DNA of 64,000 nucleotides from Tubulanus polymorphus (lineage: Eukaryota; Animalia; Nemertea): the NCBI RefSeq assembly GCF_964204645.1, contig NC_134030.1, forward strand, positions 14,136,110 to 14,200,109. Reading direction: 5' to 3'. Made by a program: the position numbers and the translations under genes. Positions 13,993-26,715 of this stretch are shown here, piece after piece. The first letter of the stretch is position 1. Each line of letters opens with the position of its first letter. The notes under the pieces were generated by a model that ran no database searches, was not told where the DNA came from, and saw only the letters and a program-made list of their open reading frames with translations.

Positions 13993-14376
13993 AATAACTT
14001 AGTATTTCTTTATATAGTTGAATAGTAGAATAGCTTAGTATTTCCTTATTAGATTGGTACCTAGGCATATTTTGTTACCATGATCAATTGCAAAGTTGTA
14101 TTTCATGACATGTACTACGATTGTGGTGAGTTTTAAGGTCATGGGTTTTGCATATGGTCACCAGGGGGCGTTGAATAGTAGAATAACTTAGTATTTCCAT
14201 ATTAAATTGGTAACGAGGCATATTTTGTTATCACAATCAATTACAAAATCATAGCTGCTGACATGTTCTATGATTGTGGTGGGTTTCAAGGTCATCGGTT
14301 TTTGTATATGGTCACTAGATTTTTGAGCATTTGAAACCACTTCCCAAGTGGGCATGGTGTCCCTGGACCCCTAGTT
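13993..14376 (+). mobile_element. 3' portion of a second HINE family A copy
   Basis: Near-identical to 11058-11453, including CCCAAGTGGGCATGGTGTCCCTGGACCCCTAGTT. It begins right at the hAT terminus. Confidence 0.85.
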
Positions 14377-14743
14377 TCTGTCAAAAGTGTCAACTTGGAG
14401 ATTAAATTGAGATGAGCCTGAATTCTGAGACCTGTTGCTTCCTAATGGTTTGCCATTTTTCCAATGGTTATATATAAAACAATGCATAACATCATGACCG
14501 AGCTTCAGGGACTATTGATCTCTTGTTACTAACTTCTTGTGCATTCAGTAAGCTGTATACTTCCTCAACTTAAGTGCAATGATCAATATTGCCAAGAGGC
14601 TCGTATACACAATGAGCTTTAACAAAACCCAATGAATCTGCAAAGACAAAATCTAGTCAAGAAGCACCATTTCATACCCCTCATGCCTGCAGTTCGATGA
14701 AAGCATCATCATTAATACCTTTCAATTCTGAACAAGGTGTATA

Positions 14744-15330
14744 CCGTAAAAACCGGCGTATAAGTCTACGCGGCGTATAAGTCGAGGTCGATTTTTAGAC
14801 CTACATTTCATGATTTTAAGATATATCCGGCTCCCGAATCCCTTCTCTTAGAAGAATAATTACTTGTATCATTATATTGAATAGTTTGTTTTGATAACGA
14901 TGTGCGCCTTCACGCACGCCGCCGCGCGTCAGCCTGATTGCTGCTGTGTGTTAATCAATAGACTGTTACACACACACACTCGGGTATAATACACTACCAT
15001 ACAGTGAGACAGTATTGTGAGTCACACGCTATATATAGCCTAATGTATTAAGCGCTGCTATGAGCGCGCATATATGAATACATCGTTTAAAATGAAGTGT
15101 CAAAATGAAAGAAGTTTTTTTCATTAAATAACTTTATATATCATGAATAATTATTCAAACTGTTATAGCAGTGAGAAGATGAACACTGTCTTTTTTTGTC
15201 TGGTAGAATCAATATTTCTTGTGACCTGAAAATACTTAGTATAAAACTGTACTCGGCGTATAATTCGAGGTCAATTATTTAGTGGTAAAATCAAGGATTA
15301 AAAACTCGACTTATATGCCGGTTTTTACAG
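14744..15330. mobile_element. pogo/Tc1-mariner-type MITE
   Basis: TIRs CCGTAAAAACCGGCGTATAAGTC / GACTTATATGCCGGTTTTTACAG with TA flanks. Confidence 0.85.
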
Positions 15331-15374
15331 TAAGTCTTTAACACAAATCATGACTTGAATCCTCCATTTTTTAG

Positions 15375-15430
15375 GATCCAATTGTAGACTCCGAAGAGGA
15401 AAGATGTAACTCAGATATGAAATCTCAAAG
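15375..15430 (+). CDS. GPATCH8: Internal coding exon of the GPATCH8/ZNF804-like gene (phase 0 to 2)
   Basis: ccattttttAG acceptor and AAG|GTgaga donor. Reads DPIVDSEEERCNSDMKSQ plus AG, which joins T at 39767 to give AGT in the frame of the long exon. Confidence 0.7.
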
Positions 15431-15514
15431 GTGAGACTTTTAAATTATAGAAAAATTATTTCCATTTTGGATATGAGACTCAACTTAACCTTAACCAGTG
15501 AAATTATTACTTAG

Positions 15515-16027
15515 TTTTTGTCCCCCAGCAGGCCGCGAGCGGGGGACTTGGTATCCGCCTCCGTCCGTCCGTCTGCATGAGCTTGTGAAAGCGATTCAAG
15601 AAAAACCGTTGATAGCAGTACCATGATATTACGTAGTATGATTACCCCCATGGAGAGGATGTGCCCTATCGATTTTGGGGGAAAAGGTCAAGGTCACAAG
15701 ATATCATTCATATGAAACCTGGTAAACACGATTCAAGAAGAAACATTGATAACAGAACAATGCTATTTCATAGTATGATTACTCCTGGGGAGAGGATGTG
15801 CATTAGTGATTTTGGAGGTCAAAGGTCAAGGTTGCTAGACGTCTTTTGCCTAAAACCCTGTAAACTCAATTCCAAAATAACCATTCATAGCAGGCAAATG
15901 ATATTTCATAGTATGGTTATCCCTGGATACACTCATCATTTTTCTAGACCAAAGATCAGTGTCTTCAGGGGTCATTCATTCCCTACTGGCGGGGGACATA
16001 GATACGTAGTATCGAATTGCCTTGTTT
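15515..16027 (+). mobile_element. HINE-like element, family C
   Basis: TTTTTGTCCCCCAGCAGG...GGGGGAC 5' inverted repeat, (GTCC)n tract, internal AAAGGTCAAGG repeats, 3' CTGGCGGGGGACA...CTTGTT. Confidence 0.7.
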
Positions 16028-16902
16028 GCTATTATATCTATTCCTTGAGCAAACAAAATTATGTTATGAGATACTTGCTAAATTTTTGGTTTACCTTTGT
16101 CAGCAGTATGAGGTTGGCATTGAGCCAATTCATGTAAAATCGCGGTACGTTTTTTTATGTGAGCATTTTTTGCATTGGTTCTCGGGTTAAACGACGTATA
16201 ATCGATGCGATTGAAGACATGACGAACCTCCGTCGATGACATGGTCAACTCTGTTTAAATTCGACGAAAAACTGTTTTTGGCGGGAAAATTCTTAGCTCT
16301 TGCGTATAAAATTGCAATGACCTCGATTGGGGGGCGTCGTCTCTACGAGCGAATGTGATTGGCTGTTTTTGGGATACACGGGGAATTCCGGCCCTACTAA
16401 AATAATTATGGGGAAGCCATTTATGGCGAACGTTTCATTGGACTAAGTGCGAATTTTAAATGCTCATTGCTGGTGAGAATATAATTATTTCACATATCGC
16501 CATAGGTATTGTTTCGTTTTAATACCCATTGATTGAGATTGAAGTGAAGCGAGCGTTCACTACACAAGGCCTCCACGTGCGCGGGACGGGAGTGCTAAAC
16601 ATTAGACTGTTGCACACACAAACACACGCTCATACAGACTACTATATGGAGATGCTGTAACGCTGCTTGGCGCGTGCACGTTTTGTATGATAACAGGCTG
16701 AATAATCGTCATAGCAGAAGATGAGCGCTGTGTTTTCTGTTTGATAGAAGTTGTAAGAAATTGTAATTTCTTGTGACCTGAAAATACTAAGCAGCAAACT
16801 ATAGGTATAGGTCGAGGTCTGAATATTGTAGCGGTAAATTCCAGGATTCAAAACGATCTAATACTACGCCCCGGTGTTTTAGCTTCCGCGGCCATACATT
16901 GG

Positions 16903-17360
16903 CAGGCGCCGATCCAGGGCCATACAGTGACTACAGCACAGTGAAAAAGGGCACCAACTGAAAAGGGCCAGTATTAATGCCCAGCGAGCGAGTTTGAGTT
17001 TGAGTGCAATCGTATCATGCCACTAAATGTGTCTTCACATTCAATTCGCTTTTAGCCTTTTTTAGGTATTTGGTCAAAATTTGCCATTTCTCGATTAAAT
17101 TTATAGAGCGACAATAATTTATTTTTTAGAATAGTGCCCTTTTGAGTAAAAAATGCCTTAGATTGCCTTTTATGATTTTGGGCAATTTATTTCATCCACA
17201 TTTCGCTTTAGGCCTTGTACAGAAAGGCAATTATTCTTTATGACGCACAAATTGTGTGCCCTTTTATTTACTTTTTTCCCGAAACATAAATTTTTCAAGG
17301 GCATTTGAAAACTGCGACTACCGCACGTGCTGCATGTGCGATAGTCTGGATCCGCACCTG
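16903..17360. mobile_element. MITE with hAT-like TIRs
   Basis: CAGGCGCCGATCCAG / CTGGATCCGCACCTG ends, ATTGG on both sides. Confidence 0.55.
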
Positions 17361-19939
17361 ATTGGAAGAGGTTTCGTTTCCAAGACTCAATATTCAGCCA
17401 CCCTCTGATATGTGACATCATATGAATTTTATTTGAATATTTTTTCATATTGTGAAATTATTTTTTTTAAATATAAAATAGTTTCCAATGCCGCGTCTAT
17501 CTGTACCCTACGAAATTTTGGACGTAGACCATAAACAAATGTTTATCTTTGGTCTTATTTGACTACAAAATAATTCTTTAAGAAAGATAAAATACAATAT
17601 AAACTTCTAGAACTTTGAAGTCACGAATTAAAAAGATTTTTTCAAGCAATGCCCTTACTCCAAACAACCTCTAGCTTTCAAGGTAAACCACACTTTGCCC
17701 ATGGGCAATTTATTTAGCTAGGGGCTGTCTTTTTGCAATGGCTTTGCACAAAAATAAAATGCCATGCACAAAATTTTGCTAAGCTGCTGTTAAGACATCT
17801 GAGAGAAATTTAATTTCAAATGCACATAATCATCTTAAGCGAGCATACCTTAAAATCTATGGATAAAAGGTTCACTCTTAAGTCGATAACCAGGATTGAT
17901 GCGTTTGATTGTATGTTTATGCAGTTCTCAAAATTAGCAAAAAAAACGGCTTTACACTGCAAGTGGTTTTTATAATGTAACATGTCGATGTCATACATAT
18001 ACATGTAAGTGTGATACGTGTCTATTCACCTCTGGTTAATGAACAGGCCCATCAGAAGCCAGCAATGGTTGGGTAGGCCTAACAGTGATTAGCCCAGGTT
18101 CTTTCTGTAAAAGTGAAAAGAATTGTCAATTGGGTAACTATTTGGGCAGCCTATTTTCTCTTGAGTGTGAACCTCTGTGAAGTGTGTTAGAGAAAGCCTC
18201 TGCAAATGTGCGCCCGGGCTCTTAAAAATCTTAAATCTTAAAATCATGTTAATATGTAAGAATTAAGGCCTGGTGATACACAGGGTCCATAGCAGGAAGT
18301 GTTAGCAGTGAATAGCAGTGAATTTCTAAAAATTCCATTTAATTTAGTAACTGAGGGGGGTGTCTTATTTGAGTCATAGGGGAAAACCTCCGAGAATCTA
18401 TAGTCATGATGAATCTTGATGCAGTGTTGAGCGTGATTACTAAGCGTTTTATAGTAAGTCACTGCTGCCAACCGTCTTTTTTTTGGGACAGTCACTGAAT
18501 ATCATCGTTTCTTCCGCTGTCCCGGAAGCATGAAAATGTCACGGATTAATAAACAATTAGCTTTTGTCGCGGAAATTGTGATGGTTTTTATAAATTTCAA
18601 TGATTTCAATGCAAAGTTGGCTCTTTTTTGCTAGCGTTATATTTAATCGATTATGTAGTGAGTGAATATAATAAGGCAAGTGTTCACTGTGGCGCTAGCA
18701 GGCAGTACTCTCGTCATGATATAATATGGCAAGTGAACACTGTGGAGCTAGCAATCAGTACTTAACTTTCCCACGCATTGAGTTAGATTTCCTGTCTGTG
18801 AATTTTAAGAAACATTCATTGATGATGTGCCAGCTTTCTTCACCTGCGCACAAGATAAGTGCTTGGTCATAAGTTAAAAAGCTGAAATGCTGAAATTTTG
18901 GATGTCCTTGAATATTGATGGCTGTCCCTCCAAACTATTTTCATGGGTTGGCAGCTATGGTAAGAATAGCGCTTTGCAGTGTCATATTATGCCCTTTTAT
19001 TTAGAACAAAGATTCTCATTTGAACTTTTGCAAAAAAGTTGTTTTTCCAACAACACAATTAATTAAAAAACCAGTGTAACGCAGAAAGGTTATGAAAATG
19101 ATATAAAGACCTCAAGCATCTGGAATATGAAATTGATAGAAGGATAGGTCTTTGAGCCATACTTTATAATTTCGTGAAGCTGTTTGATAAGCTGCCTGGG
19201 GCTCATGTTTTCAAAAACCTTGCCACCACATGTATCGGGATTGATTGCCGCCCACTCGAGCTCGAGCCAATACAAACCCTGGCCGCAAACCCTTACAACG
19301 CCCACAATTTCTTGGAAGGACACGATCTGTTCAGGGCCCACCAGTCCAGTAAAAACGCGTCTGATTGGCTAGATATACAAAGATTGGTGGGTGCTGAACG
19401 TTTTTACCTGTCCGCCCAAGATACCATGGGCGAATGAAGGTTTTGCGGACAGGGTTTTTGTTGGCGTGAGCTTCAAAATCTGGCAAGCAAGGAAGGGACC
19501 TTGTCTCATGAAACGGGTGCTACGACCTCTGAAATCTTTTTTACAACATCTTTGCGAAACATCGCTGTTGTCTAGGCCCACTGTCCGCGCTCATTCAACA
19601 AAGCAATAACATCTATACAAGTAAAAGCGCTGCGCGGGAAATCTACATTTAGAATCTGCAGTCGGCGCTTTAGTGCATTCATCTCTCTTGGGACTTTCAG
19701 CTATTCATTGACAAGTGCATTTAAGTATTCTCACTACGTGGCGCCGCTGACAGACGGAAGAAGTCAGTTTGGCTTTGGTTTTCCTCACTGCTGGACATGC
19801 TTACATGGTTGTCATGGTTCACAGTTTGGCCTTGTTCTGTGAGCATGTACTTATGTTGAACTGTCTGCCTTCCTTTGTGCAGTTTGGAGTCTGCCGTCCA
19901 TGGTATTCCATTGTGTGTGGCAGTCCAATATGTTTATTA

Positions 19940-20175
19940 CCTGCTGCGTGCGGGAAGGAGGGCTGTGTGCCCCGGAGTCCACTGTGTGTTGACTAGAGGC
20001 TCTGTGCCATGTAGGACTGTGTCCTGTTTGCCTGCTGTGTGCGGGCTGGAGGGCTGTGTGCCCGGGGTCCACATGTGTGGACAAGAGGTTGTGTGCCTAC
20101 AGGACTGCGTGTCCTGTTGCCTTCTGTGTGCGGGCTGGACGAGGGTTGTGTGCCCCGGAGTCCGCTGTGTGTGAG
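19940..20175. repeat. GT-rich minisatellite, about 3 units of ~95 bp
   Basis: Recurrent GTGCGGG...GAGGG.TGTGTGCCC.GG.GTCC..TGTGTG. Confidence 0.75.
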
Positions 20176-20280
20176 ACAAGAATGGAAGGATTGTTACATT
20201 TGAAATAAAGAGTAATAATGAATAAACAAATTTTATGGCAGAGAAAACTCGAGAGGTCAGGGTTGTTGGTTCTACATATA

Positions 20281-20480
20281 TTTTTTTTTAAACACCCTCA
20301 ACCCGCTAAGCGCCATGCAGGGCATTATAAGCGGGTTCGATGTTTCTTTTTCCCAATGGGGGAGAGACCCGAGAAGAACCTTTGACCAAGAAATACTGTC
20401 GCCACCAGGGTTTGAACACATATACCCTGGATTGACGAGACCAGCGACTGGCTGCTTAACCCACTCGGCCACTGTGCCTC
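20281..20480 (-). mobile_element. tRNA-derived SINE
   Basis: Minus strand has A box TGGCCGAGTGG, B box GTTCAAACC, a tRNA-unrelated body and an A-rich tail. Confidence 0.7.
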
Positions 20481-21627
20481 TCCAGTTCACTGTAATGATG
20501 TCACTGTGTATTATCTACATATTCTAACTGTGTTTCGTCTTTTGTGTCAGTTTTCTGATATGTGTCGGTGATTTTATTTAATGCATTTTTGTTTCCTTGG
20601 GGAGTTAAGGCGCACTCATTCGTGCGGGACGCGTGACAAATTCTTTTTCATTTGCAGTTTTATGCGAGCCTTTCGACTACTTGGATTTAAGCATTTTCAT
20701 TGCTTTTGTTTACGACTGGTCAGCTTCTTGTTGCATTTGCCCATATATTCCACGGGTCTTACTTGTTGATCAATGTCTTTTACTGTTTTCAAGGTGAAAA
20801 TAGCCGAATTACAAAGGATTTGAGCATCTGAAACCGTCTGATTGTTTAATGCTGTTATAAAATAAAATCATCTTTCAATTTTTAGTAGGATCGACTATGT
20901 TGATCCTTATAGTAACTCCTGAGAGTAACTTTCTGTTAGCTTTTGGTGGCACAAATTGTAACCAATGGATATACACAGCTGATATTTTGTCAATAGGTGG
21001 AAAATAGGTGGTGGAATTAATATGGCGGGTTTCGTCCATCAGCTTTTCAGCTGTTTGGAAGTACTGGGAGAAAATGTGCAAAATTTCGATAAATTCATCA
21101 CAGGGAAACAGGGACATCACAGGGTAATAAGCCCTTCAAAAGGGCATCACTTGGAAATCCATCTAGAAGGGCTTTCCCATTGACATCATTACAGAGAACT
21201 GTTCTACCATGTACTTGTGACTCGTAGGGAAAACCCAATGCCATGTATATCAACTATCAAGTTGAAAATGCTTACTACACAGTACACCATGATGATATTT
21301 CCGTCGAGTACTGTACCCTTTCCTATGGTTTTTGCCAATATTTTCTAAATTTGGATTGATCGCCAATGGTTTTTCTATACGACCCGGCCCTGCGGTATTG
21401 CATTTAGCCACCGGCGAAATCTGCCATCTTTTTTCTAGGCGTTCGCAGTAGAACTCGTTGGATTTTTTTGCCGTTAAAAATCTTGGAATTAGGATATTAG
21501 GGAGTTTTCACTCTCATAACGGTGAGTCCGTTCGGTTTGGTGGTTATCCCTGGTTTCTATTTTTCCGTAAGAATTTTATTTACAAATATAATTTGATTGA
21601 ATTGATTTGATTTGTATCAGGATAATT

Positions 21628-23782
21628 ATGCCACCCCATCCTAAGGGTCAACATCGTGGCGGGGAGGGATGCGGGCATTTGTTTGGCGCCTGGGACAACC
21701 ACGATTCGTGTGCGTCGTGCAGGCGCAAATCCGGTCAAATATGTGCAAGGAGCAATCCTTGCAAGATTTGCGAGGTGTGGTCCGAGGACCTTTGGCTTCG
21801 GGCCGATAAGGCTCTTAAACTAAGAGATCGTCGTCGAGTTAGCAGGGATTCGTCGGTTTCGGCCGACGTGCCAACCGACGTTTCTAATCCTGTTTCTTAT
21901 CGTAAAGCGGAGCGGTCGTCGGTCGGTCAGGTACGATCGGCTTCCCAACTCCCGTGGAAGAACGCTGGTTCACCGGCACCGGTCTCCGGTCATTCACCGG
22001 TCTCTGGTCGTTCACTGGTTCGGCCGGTTCAGACTACATGTTCGGAACCGAGCGCGCGCCGCGGTAGTCGGGAACGGCCCGCACCGGTTTTGGTCGGTAC
22101 CGGTCCGGTTCGGGCACCGGTCCGGTCCAGACGTCGTCCGGTTCAAAACATCCGGTATGTTCATCGTCTGATTCTGATCGTCGCTCCGGGGATAGAGCTC
22201 GCTCTCCCACTAGATTTAGACGCTGTGAGCGTTATAAACGAGCAAGATCTCCTTCTCGCAGATCAAGGTTTGATCGCGAGAGGGACTACGATCGTTATTG
22301 TCGGAAGTTTCGCCGTCGGTCTTCTCATCGTTCGTCGACGTCGGTTAGCAATGAAGGCGATTCTTCTTGTAGGTCTCGATCCCGTTCGAGGGACTGTCAC
22401 CGAAGTCGGCATGATCGTCGGGATACTGGAAAATACCTGACTCAGAAGGATTTCCATGTATTTGAAGAGAAAATTTTAAACTTGTTATCTTTGTCGCAAC
22501 AAGTCGCTGCAACCTCTACAACAGGTAAGCCTATTCCTGATTGTCCGGTTAGAAGTTCGCCAGCCCACTCAGTTCTTCTGAATTCTGACTCTGAATTCCT
22601 GGATGCTGCGGTAGGGTCTGATTTCAATGAGGATCCGGTCCCAGAAGCGGCAATTCCTTCTGGGGTCGTTCCTGTCGCGAGCAATTGTCCCGTTCAGTTT
22701 TATCCGAACCAGCGGGGGACATGCCATTTAGAGCGATGAAAAGTGAGTTCTTTGTCAAGCACGGGGCAACTCGCGCTAAGTCCACAGCAGCTCCTCTGGT
22801 CGGTGAGTCAATGGAACGTTATCGCCCTCCGGACTCCGATCTTAACGTTTTACGGGAATCGTCAGCGGTTTCGAGAGAATGGGCTCGATTGGATACGCAA
22901 TTATGTGGTGAATGTCGGCCTGGAACATTTTCATTTCCCCCTCCAGAACGGGGTATGAAATCTGGGAAATATTTTAGTTCAACCGATCCACCTATAGGCG
23001 CATTTCGCTCGGCGTATTACGCAACTCCAGGTGCTGTGGATCACAGTCATAACTGCCTGGATGCTGATTGTACTTTGATCAGCCCGGATACTGTTACAGC
23101 ACAGTCGGGTATTCGATTGCCTAAGTCCGGTTTGGTGGCCATGACGTCAATCCTGGACAATCTTACCAGGGTTGGTTCGTTTCAAGATATGGCACTTAAG
23201 GTATTGACGGGTGAGCTTCGCGAGACTCACGCCGCCGTTCATGCGGGCACCGACCCAGAGTCAGTTGCCCTAAAACTGGAGGGAATGGACCGGATTATCC
23301 AATCTTTGGCTCGGTCTGTTTCGCATGTAATTCCGTTGTCGGTTCGGGGTCAGGCTAATCTTGTGTTAGCCTCCCGTCAGTCAGTGATGGACTCCAGTTC
23401 CAAAACTCGTCTACCGGATATGGTATCCAATGCTTTGCTGAGAGCCCCATTGGGGAGGTCTTCACGTCTCTTTTCTGGTTGGTGCGCTCCGGTTTCCGCA
23501 GAGCTGAGGAAGATTCGGGAGGTTCAGGCCAAGTCCAACCCCCGAACTCCGTGGAAAAAGCGTTCTGGTCCGACGCCGGCGGCGCAAGGTTCGGCACGGA
23601 CGCAAACAGGACCATCTCAAACTTCAGCGCTTTCTCAGGCGGCTTCGGATGCCGGTTGGAGAACTAGCGCGCAACTTCAACAATCGTCTCAAGCCTCGTC
23701 CGGTCGTAACAGTTCCGGTTCATATCAAGGCAAGGGGAAGGCTCCAAAAAGGGGCTCTCCCTTTCGGAAAAACTCGAAATGA
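21628..23782 (+). pseudogene. DIRS ORF1 (gag-like), two frameshifts
   Basis: N-terminal CGH...DNHDSCASCR...C...CKICEVW zinc-finger motif, RS-rich middle, continued by ORFs 22482 and 22685. Confidence 0.75.
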
Positions 23783-25660
23783 ATTCTTGGGACCAGTGGG
23801 AGGTTGTCTGCAGCAGGCAGCAACCCACTGGTCCGACCTTTTTGGAGACGGTAGGCCCTCCCGTGTCGTCTCTCGTGGCTACCGTCTCCGTTTCCTAAGG
23901 CGACCGCGCCTGATGAGGTCACCTCCCGACATGCGGCCAAAACCAGGTCAGGAGGCCTTAATCTCTCCGGCTCTCAAGGAATTGGCCGAGAAGGGAGTGA
24001 TAGAACCAGTTTGCAACGAAACTTCTCCCGGCTGGTTTTCTCGAATATTCATGGTACCAAAGGCCACAGGGGGTCAACGGACAGTGATAGATCTGTCATC
24101 CCTCAATCGGCACCTAGACATTCCAACGTTCCGGATGACCAAGCCCAAGGACGTGATTCTAGGGCTCCGTCCGGGTCAATGGGCGGCTTCATTGGACCTG
24201 AAAGATGCTTACTTTCAGGTTCCAATTCACCCAAAATCTCGGCAATTTCTCAGGATAAAGTGGAATGGCCGCCAGTTCCAATTCAGGTCTCTTCCATTTG
24301 GCCTCAGTACGGCCCCGTGGGTTTTCACCAAGTTGGTCAAGTCAGTTCAGAAGGTACTTCAGTCAAGGGGTGTTCGACTGTTTGTTTACCTCGACGACTG
24401 GTTAATAGTCACGAATTCGGCTCAGGAATGTCGGGAGGCAATGACCTCAGTCTTGGACTTAGTCCATCAGCTAGTGTTCTGCGTAAACAGGGAAAAATCT
24501 CAGTTGACACCGGCCCAACAGTTCACTTATCTCGGCATGGACTTCGATCTCCGAATCAGCTAAGTCTTTCCGTCTATGGCTCGAGTAGCCAAACTTCAAG
24601 AAGCTGTAGCAGGAGTGTCCACAACCCCGAGAACAGCTCGTTACTGGTCACGGCTTCTAGGCTCCATCAGCTCCATGGGTCTCGTGGTGCCCTTAGGCCG
24701 CCTCAGAAGCAGGCGCTTGCAACAATATTGGAAGGTCTTCTGGTCTCAGTCGAAGGGCAACTGGGAGACCTTGATTCCCGTACCTCCAACCGATCTAAGT
24801 CCGGATCTTCAGTGGTGGGCGGCAACTACGAATCTTCGGCTCGGGGTGTCACTAGCCCCGTTAGAGGCTCCAGTTCGTGTATTCACGGATGCCAGTCACC
24901 AAGGATGGGGGGCACATCTGGAGAACCGAGTCAAAGCCCGGAGATGGTCTCGCTACGAGGCCACCAACCACATAAATTTCCTAGAAATGCTGGCCGTGTG
25001 GAAGGCCCTGAAGTTCTTTCACAGGAGAGTGGAGGGCCACCACGTTTGGTTAGCCACAGACAATTCAACAGTGAGGGCTTACCTTCAGAACCAAGGGGGC
25101 ACTCACTCAGAAACACTCACAGGTCTGTCGGCCAAAATTCTTCTTTGGTGCCAGACAAAGGGCGTGTCCCTGACTGTGGCACATTTAGCAGGGAAAAGGA
25201 ACGTGATGGCCGATGCTCGTCGAGGTCAGGCTATTGCGACAGAATGGGTTCTCCACCAAGAAGTAGCCGATCGGGTTCGGGGCATGTTTGGCAATCCGCT
25301 GCTGGATCTGTTTTCCACCCGGTTCAATCGGAGGTGTCCTCTGTTTGTGTCCCCGTTTCCAGACGCGGAAGGAATGCCTTCTCTCTGGACTGGTCGGGGA
25401 TGCATGCGTATGCGTTCCCGCCCACACCAGTCCTGCCGCGCTTACTGGATCAAATAGAGAGATCAGTCAATTGCAACATAGTTCTGGTAGCACCATGTTG
25501 GCCGGCTCAGAAATGGTTCCTACCACTTCTCAACCTACTGTGCGACAACCCCAGGATTCTTCCAAATTTCCCATCGCTTCTGTCTCAGGGGAACTTTCGG
25601 CATCATCCAAACAGCCAGTGGTTAAATCTGCTCGCCTGGCCATTGTCCAGCGATCCTTGT
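23779..25660 (+). pseudogene. DIRS pol: RT, RNase H and dam-like methyltransferase domain
   Basis: PVGGCL, LDLKDAYFQVPIH, LPFGLSTAP, YLDDW, then a stop at 24561. FTDAS, HINFLE, TDNST. DLFS, then after a frameshift near 25372, AFSLDW...YAFPP...LVAPCWP. Boundaries approximate. Confidence 0.93.
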
Positions 25661-26715
25661 CAGCTTCAGGCTTTTCAGAACAGGCTGCCTCCTTTATCAC
25701 AGGATCTAAGCGGCCATCAACAAGTACCATTTACGATGCCAAATGGAGTCATTTTGCGGATTGGTGTGCTGCAGGGGAAATTGATCCATGCTCACCCTCT
25801 GTAGCTCAATTGGCAGATTTTTTACTGCACCTATTTGTAGTAAAAGGTTTGCAGGTCATAACTATTAAAGGTTACCGCTCCACGATTTCTCATACATTGC
25901 GTGCTTCTGGATGGCCAAATGTAGCAGGGGATCATCGGATATCCCAGCTGGTTGCAGGGTTTTCTATTTCCCGGCCTCTGGTACCAAGGACAGTTCCACC
26001 ATGGGATCTGTCTGTAATTTTGAAGAAGTTAATGGAGGCTCCATTTGAACCTCTTTCGGCAGCGTCATTTGCAAATTTGTCAAAAAAGACTGTATTTTTG
26101 CTGTTCTTGGCTTGCTCGGCCCGTCGCTCTGTGATTCATGCGCTTTCAGTCCGACAAGGTCATATTGTCTTTGGGCCAGCGAAGGAATTTGTTTCGCTGC
26201 GGCCTGCTTTGGAATTTTTGGCAAAGAACCAATGACCAGGCTCGGTTGGGCGTCAATGGCGAATTGAAGCCCTAAAACATCGAGTGGAACCGGGCATCCC
26301 GGACAGGACTTTATGTCCTGTGCGGGCGTTGTGTTTCTATTTAGATCGCTCTGCTTCACGGAGGGGTTCACGGGAGCGGTTATTTATTCCGCTGCTGGAT
26401 CACCTAAAGGGTGATATTTCGCGGGACACAGTGGCCCGATGGGTCTCTTCACTGATCAAGGACATTTTATTGAAGGAGAATCTTTCCTCGGAGGGAGTGG
26501 TTTCTCATCAAGTGAGGTCTATGGCTACTTCCTGCGCAGCCTTTTCGGGTGCTCCGTTGGAGGAAGTCTGTCGGGCCGCCTTTTGGAATTCTCCATCGAC
26601 ATTCACGTCATTTTATTTACGGGATGTGTCAGGCCAGTTAGGCTCATTAGCTTCACTTGGTCCTGTTGTCATGGCTCAGGGTGTCCGTTCTTTCCGATGG
26701 GACCCTTTAGTGTAG
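25600..26715 (+). pseudogene. DIRS tyrosine recombinase, one in-frame stop at 26233
   Basis: STIYDAKW, TIKGYRS, PPWDLSVIL, ACSARRS, LCPVRAL, SHQVRSMATS, W...STFTSFYL. Confidence 0.92.

Noticed and set aside
19090-19609. GC-richer cluster of short ORFs
   Set aside because: No recognisable domain or splice pattern, probably transposon interior
20400-20480. Possible tRNA gene
   Set aside because: Has A and B boxes but no convincing cloverleaf, and continues into a SINE body and tail
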